Positions 57,301 through 64,000 of a DNA stretch of 64,000 nucleotides are shown here, piece after piece. Each line of letters starts with the position of its first letter. Positions within the stretch are counted from its first letter, which is position 1. The notes beneath the pieces are model-generated. The model did no database searches. It was not told the origin of the DNA and saw only the letters and a program-made list of their open reading frames with translations. Position numbers and translations under genes: made by a program. The stretch lies in NCBI RefSeq assembly GCF_009914755.1, contig NC_060930.1, one strand, 5' to 3'. The DNA is from the human T2T-CHM13v2.0 reference genome, Homo sapiens.

Positions 57301-58066
57301 ACCATCATTTCTTTTCTGGGAATGAAAGGGTTACAATATCTCCCTCCTAGATTTCCCTTGTCACTCACTCACCCTGAATAGACTTCTTACTCTATTAGTT
57401 ATTGTTCTCATATCATTTCTTTGAAGCTGTGGTAAAATATTATCAGCCATTAATAAAACATGGAGGTTAGGTTCTCTTTTTGGATTCTGAGGATCTGCTG
57501 TGCTGGGGCAGGGGCAGGTGGGGAGAGAAGGGCGGGTGGAGGGCCAGGTGCTGAGTGGTGTGTGGCCTCGCTCTGTGCTCAACAAAGCTCCTGCTGTGGT
57601 CATTTCCTGTTTATTTGTCTGGATCTCTCCTTGCATTGTGATTGGTGCCTGGTCTTTAGGGGTGGGTGCTGCTCCAGGTCGGAGGCCTCACACAACTCCA
57701 GGCTGAGCCTTTCTTCAAGTCCATGGAGGTCAAGGGCAGATACTGGCAGCTCTCCATCCTGCCCTCGCCTCCACTTTATCTGGCATATTTTTATATGTTG
57801 ATCTGATCCTCCTCATAAGGGATGTATATGAGCATTATTTTGTAGGAGAGCCGCTATGTCCCACAGTGGCCATGCTCTGTCCCTGACACCAGGATCCTGT
57901 GTGCTTTGTTGTTGTCGTCCCCTAAAGACCCAGGACAGCCTCTGCACATGGGGCTTCTCAGATGACACAGATTGATCGTTCCCACCTCTGCCTTCTTTCC
58001 TGTTCCATTTCCAGAATGCTTCTATTGTTTCCCTTTTATTGTAGTAAGTCAAATTTTTGAATTAAG

Positions 58067-58195
58067 GCCTGGGCACACTCACTCACGCCTGTAATCTTAG
58101 CACTTTGGGAAGGCTAAGGCAAAGGGATTGCTTGAGGCCAGTAGTTAAAGACCAACCTCGGCAACATAACAAGACCCAGTCTCTTCCAAAACAAA
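58067..58195 (+). mobile_element. Alu left monomer (FLAM)
   Basis: ggcctgggcac...cctgtaatcttagcactttggg...gacccagtctct. Confidence 0.7.
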
Positions 58196-58849
58196 TTGAA
58201 TTCGCATTGTGAATAGATATGTTATTGCCATGTCATAAATAAATTCTTGTCCCTTTTTCTGTGGGAGCACCCTGTGGTCTGGGTCCTGGCAGGAAAGATA
58301 TGGCACAGAAGGAAGACACGTTTTAAAGAGGTTCTGGCAGGGCTAAGAAAGTCACAAGGGGCACTGAAGCTCCCTGGGATGATCTGTAGCAGGAAATGGT
58401 TTGCATTTCTGAGCTTGAAAGAGCAAGGAAGGGAGCAGTTTCTAGAACTCAGGCAAATCTGTAGCTTTCACTAGGGGCAGCCCGCCATGCCTATGGCTGT
58501 AGATAGAGGCCTGAAGTGATTACAGAATCACAGAGCTGCCCAGAGTAAGTGAGGGAAATGAAAACCCTGAGTTACTCCTCCTCCCACACTCCCATCTCCT
58601 GCAGGTGCCTGTTATCATCCACACCCAAGCACAAGCCAGATGGTGAAGGAGCACAGGCCATGTCGTCTGTCTGTCATAGTTGCCTCCCAGTGTAGGGGGC
58701 AGGATGGAAGAGAGTGGATGATGGCTCTGTGAGGAGATGGAAGCTGAGAATAATGCACTTGCTTACAGTGTTCACATTCTTCATGGAATTTACTTAAATA
58801 CACTAGCATTTTCTCTAATCCAAAATTATACCTTTAAAAAGCAACGTTT

Positions 58850-59162
<313 letters not shown>

Positions 59163-61276
59163 TTAGCAGGTAGTAACATTGAAGAGTACCTAACTCTCCT
59201 TCCCTATCTCCACATGGGACGTATAACTCATAAATAAATACCTTAAATTATTTGAGTATAAGCCATAAAAGCAGAGTCTGGCTCATATAAGCAAAAGGAA
59301 GTTGCTGGGCAGCTGTGGGTGAGGTTCACAGAATCATAGATGCTTCCAAAGTACCAGGACAGCACCAAGGAGCAGGCAGCAAGCCCTGACCAGTCTCACT
59401 GGACTCACCTGTGGAGTGGGAGAATTGTCACTGTTTCCTGATATCTTGTCATTGCTGAGCTTTAAATTCTGGAATAGTTTACTTAAATGGCTTAGTTTGG
59501 ATCTCATAAATTTCTTATTTGCTTGTGATTTAATTTCAGGGATAGAGTCAATATTTGAATTTGACTCTATCCCTAAAAATGAATTCAATTTTGAAGTTGA
59601 ATCCAAATTCCATTTCAAGGATAGAGTCAATAGGAATAGAGTCAATGTTTTCCCTTAATGGGAGCTCCTTTTCTCCATTTATCTTCTTAAAGCAGGGGGA
59701 AGGGGATGAGTCTTTCAAGTTCCCATGGACCCATGGACATCATGAGATCAACCTAATTGCCCTCATTCCATTTTCCTTTACTTTGCAGAAAAGAAACAAA
59801 TTCCTTTCCACCCAAAATATGACAGCGCCTGTGGTCCAGGGCTGGAGCCCATAGTGGATGCCCAGCAGCCAACTTCCTGGAATTGAGACCTCCCCAGCAG
59901 GCTTGGGGGTGAAAAGAGAAACTAGACTCCAAAAGGGACACCAGTGCTCTGTTGGGGAGAGAGGAGCACACCACTGCATCCCACCCTGAAGAATGGGAGT
60001 GAGAAGAGAGGACAGGTGAACCCACCATGGCTCCAGTGAGATGGGAGCGGGGAACGCCCAAGAAGGAGGACAGCCATGGGGTGGCCCCAGCCAAAGCCAC
60101 CAGACATCATTACATGTCTGGGGCCCTCTCAGGCCGACATGAGTTTTACTGCTCCACACACTGTTTTGTTAAGAGCTAGCTGTCAGTAGATCAGTGAGAG
60201 AGCAACTTTGATACAGAGGAAACCATGCCTGAAATGGGTCAGCCCAGAAGAATTTAGTAGTAGGTTCTATGCTTCCCTCCAGGGCCTCATGGGCGTGGGC
60301 AACTTTTTTTTTTTTCCAGCCACTCACCCTAGGTAATGAAGAAAGCTCTCTGAACTGTGTCCTTGCTGGGCACACAGGCCCCTACCACATGTACATGGCA
60401 TGGGAGTCATGGCTAAGGCAGGGTAAGACTCCTATTTGAGGCCAGGAAAAGCTAATGACCCTACATTTGGTTCAGTCCTTGTGGGGTCCTGACTAGGGTG
60501 TGGGCCACTGTGTTCCCACAGATGCTCTGTTAGCCCTTAGGCTGTGAGATACACAGGCAAATGTTATATTGAAGCCTTTGTTTCTCTTACACGGAGGCAA
60601 CACTACTGCAGCAGAGCAAACCTTATTGTATCAGTGCACCAACCCCAAGTTCATGTTCATTACAGCAGGAAAAACTAACATGTGGTGAATTCTGCCTCCA
60701 CAAGGGACAAGGACCTGATAAGACTACAATGACCAGGATGGCCAATATCCCTGTCTTCTTGCAACTCAAACTTTGCCTGGTTACCACCTACTTGCCCCAA
60801 CTCCTTGGACTCCAGCCCTCCGAGGACAGCCAGACATCTGAAGGAAGTGCCAGGCACAGATGCCAGGTTGCATAAGTGCTGGCCCCTGAGCAACTGGAGA
60901 AGCTGTTAGGTCCCAGCTGGCCTAGAGATCCCTGGCTCAGGGAGTATAACTGGATGCCTTGAACAAAGACATGGGGTCACTGGAAAGAGAGGACCGGCTG
61001 TCCCTCCCCACTAAGAAATAATTAACTGTTAGATGAGGGGGAATTCCTTTTCAAGGGCTCTGTGGACTGTGCTGCTCTGGAGGGGGTGGGGAGAGGGAGG
61101 AGCCCTGAGGTCTGGGCTGGGGTGTGGTTGGGAAGGAGCTGAGAGCTGAGAGCTGTAACTACACAAGGAGCTGCAGGGGTGAGGTTGGTGCAGGGTGGGA
61201 TTTAGAGGATTTCCCCCAGACTCCTGTGCTGATCCCCTTCATCTCCTCCACCCCCACCCTTGGTGTCTGTCAACAT

Positions 61277-61402
61277 GCGGGGGTGCCCTCATCTTCCCAC
61301 TGCCCCTGGAGCTGTTCTACTCTTCCACGCTTGCCTTGGGGTTTTCAGAGCAGCATCTTTGTGAGTCCTGGAGTGCTAGGGACCAGGAGGGGAGAGGAGG
61401 CA
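61277..61402 (-). pseudogene. MCCD1 exon-1 fragment (unprocessed pseudogene remnant)
   Basis: Translates SWSLALQDSQRCCSENPKASVEE*NSSRGSGKMRAPP versus recalled MCCD1 SWSLAPQGSHGCCSQNPKASMEEQTSSRGNGKMTSPP; stop at 61317-19. Confidence 0.8.
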
Positions 61403-61969
61403 ATAGCCTCCTTTAATTTGGCAACAGCTTTTCGTTATCATCTCCACTTTCCAAGGCAGGAAAAGTGAAGGCAACAGCTCTGAGAGATCCTGGAAGAGGA
61501 AAAACCATGGCGGGTGAGGCAGGGAGCTGTCTGAGTTTCCTAGCAGACATCAGGAGCCCGCCCTTCCAGGCCTGGGCTTTGCTTCAGTGCCTGGCCCTGC
61601 ATAGGCCCCTGCCCCTGTCCCGTTCTGCTGCCCCCACCTCCCTCTCAGCCTGGCCCCAGACAGAATCCAGACCAACTCCTGTCTGCTGTGAAAAATGTTC
61701 CTGCCAGTTTAGGCAGATCTTGCTTTAGAGCACTGGTGCCCAGCCTTCCACAGGTCTTGTGTCTGTTTTTCTTGGCACTATGTTTCTTCTCATGTATTCT
61801 TCTGAATTGGCAAGGCAGGAATTACATCACTGGTTTGCAGATGAGGAAACTGACTCATATGGTTTCATTCAGCACTCATTCACTGTGAAAGTGTCTGTCA
61901 GGGCCAATTGTGGGCCAGATGTGCCCAGGGTTCTATAGCTAGCTGGTGGAAAGGCCTGAAGGGTTCATA

Positions 61970-62375
61970 TTCAGGTCCACTTGACTTGAAAACTCATATT
62001 GACCTTACTTATGTACTAATTCCCACTTTACAATCCATGCCACAAACTTTATTGTCTTAAGAAGTTGCCACAGCAGCCTTCAGCAGCCACCTTGTCATCA
62101 GTCAGCAGTCATCAACATTGAGGCAAGACCCTACTCCAGCAAAAACATTAGTATTAGCTGAAGCCTCAGATGACTGTTAGCATTTTTTAGCAGTAGTGTA
62201 ATTTTTAATTAAGGTATGTACATATCTATTTTATACATAATGCTATTGTATACTTAATAGGCTAAAGTATAAATATAACTTTTATGTACACTACAAAAAC
62301 AAAAAAATTGTGTGACTTGTTTTGTTTGCATGATCTGAAACCAAATCTGCAATCTCTCTGAGATATGTCTGTAAT
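61970..62375 (+). mobile_element. Tigger1 fragment
   Basis: cagtcatcaacattgaggcaagaccct...ccagcaaaa...gctgaagcctcagatgac...gcaatctctctgagatatgtctgta. Confidence 0.75.
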
Positions 62376-64000
62376 TTCCCTTTCCCTCTTCTTGCTGGCC
62401 CAGAATGACCTTGTTTCTTGTCCCTGTCTAGCCCTGCCTGTTACAGGGGTTTGCCTTCTCTGGTAGGTCTGGACACTTTGTATCCCCTGTAACCTTGCCT
62501 CCTGGCATATGACACTAGTACTAGCCTCAAGCTCTGTTGGACTAGCGAGCCTCACTCCACACCTCCTGAACTAGAACCAAAGCTCTGTGCACACACCATT
62601 CATGTGAGTCTGTAGAGATCTCAGCTTCCTGCAGGGTGTTCTGAAAGGGTGTTCTGTTGTGACTGGAGGGCATAGCCACAGGTCTCTGGGCAGAGGTGGC
62701 TCAGAAAAGAGTGGGTGGCCCCAGTTTGGGTCATCTGGGAAGGGGAAGATTTTCAGATAAAAACCCATGCCTTAGAAGACAAAACTACCCAAGAGCTGGC
62801 AGCAGCTAACCAGCTTGCTATCTGGGATACCACTTTGCAGTGGGAGGGAAGATAGCCTCTACCATGGTGTAGGGGTCCAGGGACCAGGCAGGGAGGTCTT
62901 CCTAGTGGTCAGTGCTTCTCACAGTTGGGAGATGAATCACCTTTCGATGAGGCCAAAGACCTCATGTTCCTCACTAGCTGACTCGTTCCCACTCAGTGGA
63001 AAAAGAACCCAGAACCTTTGCAAAATTTTAGGAGAGAAGGACTTTCCCTCTTGTCTCTTAGTGCCAGGGTTATGCATGACTCATACTTGAATTGCAATGT
63101 GTACACAGCTTAAAGTCTTAATTATTAGAACATAAGAGGCCCAAACCACTGTTGTTATAGATATGTAAAACTATGCAGTACAAAATTAAACAACCCCCAA
63201 CCAATTAACAGTGGAGATAAATTATCAATATTTGTAAATTTAAAACAAGATCGACAGCCCTTTAGAAAAACAACAAAAAATGAGACTTTTGCAAGACAAT
63301 CTAAATGATACGCTAATAACAAACCTTCATGAAAATGACATTTCGACCATCTGAGTTTCTGCTTTAAGTTACAAATTCCAAAAGGTACTAATCCCCAATA
63401 ATTTACAGTAGGGAGCCCTAAGCCACAAAGAAAGGTGTCAGGGCACACCTGAGACCTGAAGTAAGAACATACCCTCCCTCAGGGTCACGAGTGAATCCTC
63501 TAAGACCCCTCCTCCCTCAGACACTCCCTCCAGTCATCAGAAGGTCCACACAGCACTAAGACCCAACCACCTCACTGTCTTCACCTCCATGGAGAGAGCC
63601 CAGGTGACAGCCACCCCTGCTCCTCCTCCCTCATCTCCCACAGCCTCAGCACCATCGTCCGCCTCGAGTCCACCAGGACTGAGCTCCTCATGCCCTTTCC
63701 CTGTTTGTGTCAGTCACACTGGGTCCCCCATATACCCAGCACTTGCATCCCCACAAGGCTCCGCACGCTCTATTCTCTCCCCCCACCATGTCCCCTACCT
63801 AACTCCAGAAATCTTCCCTCTGTACTCCCTGGAATCCTCAGTCCATGATCAGCAAAACCTCCTCATTCTCTCTCAGGATGCTCCCTCACCTCGAAGCTCT
63901 AGCAGGAACCAGGTCTTCCTGAGGATGTGACCCGCTCTGAAGTTCCCCTACATGGGGGAGTTTCCCAGCAACTTGTACCCCTGGGTTCAGAGGTGAGGTG

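Noticed and set aside
63200-64000. Possible HCG26/3.8-1 paralog at the window end
   Set aside because: Positional recollection only; nothing in the sequence lets me confirm it

Overview
Human (primate) genomic DNA from the telomeric end of the MHC class I alpha block (6p22), centred on the intact non-classical class I gene HLA-F (+ strand, ATG 21559, canonical stop 24503; the encoded protein has Ser251, matching the F*01:01 group). On the minus strand are a ZDHHC20 retrocopy, an RPL23A retrocopy (RPL23AP1) whose antisense strand supplies an alternative HLA-F terminal coding exon, the MIC-family pseudogene MICE, whose promoter and exon 1 match the annotated 5' end of HLA-F-AS1, and an IFITM3-type retrocopy (IFITM4P). 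The rest is Alu, L1, L2, MLT/HERV16 and DNA-transposon debris plus microsatellites. The best leads are: (1) MICE exons 1-2-5-6 form an uninterrupted 232-aa leader/alpha1/TM/cytoplasmic ORF with intact splice sites, and the TM is re-encoded in a shifted frame; (2) an apparently unannotated relic of a divergent MHC class I-like gene (leader exon plus start of alpha1) at about 2.7-3.1 kb; (3) a decayed multi-exon, possibly SEA-domain gene at about 56.8-59.8 kb, next to an MCCD1 exon-1 fragment; (4) exonisation of RPL23AP1 by HLA-F through an apparently newly created splice acceptor; (5) IFITM4P lying between two MIC-type promoters. Gene names and reference sequences are recalled from memory, not looked up, and repeat boundaries are approximate.
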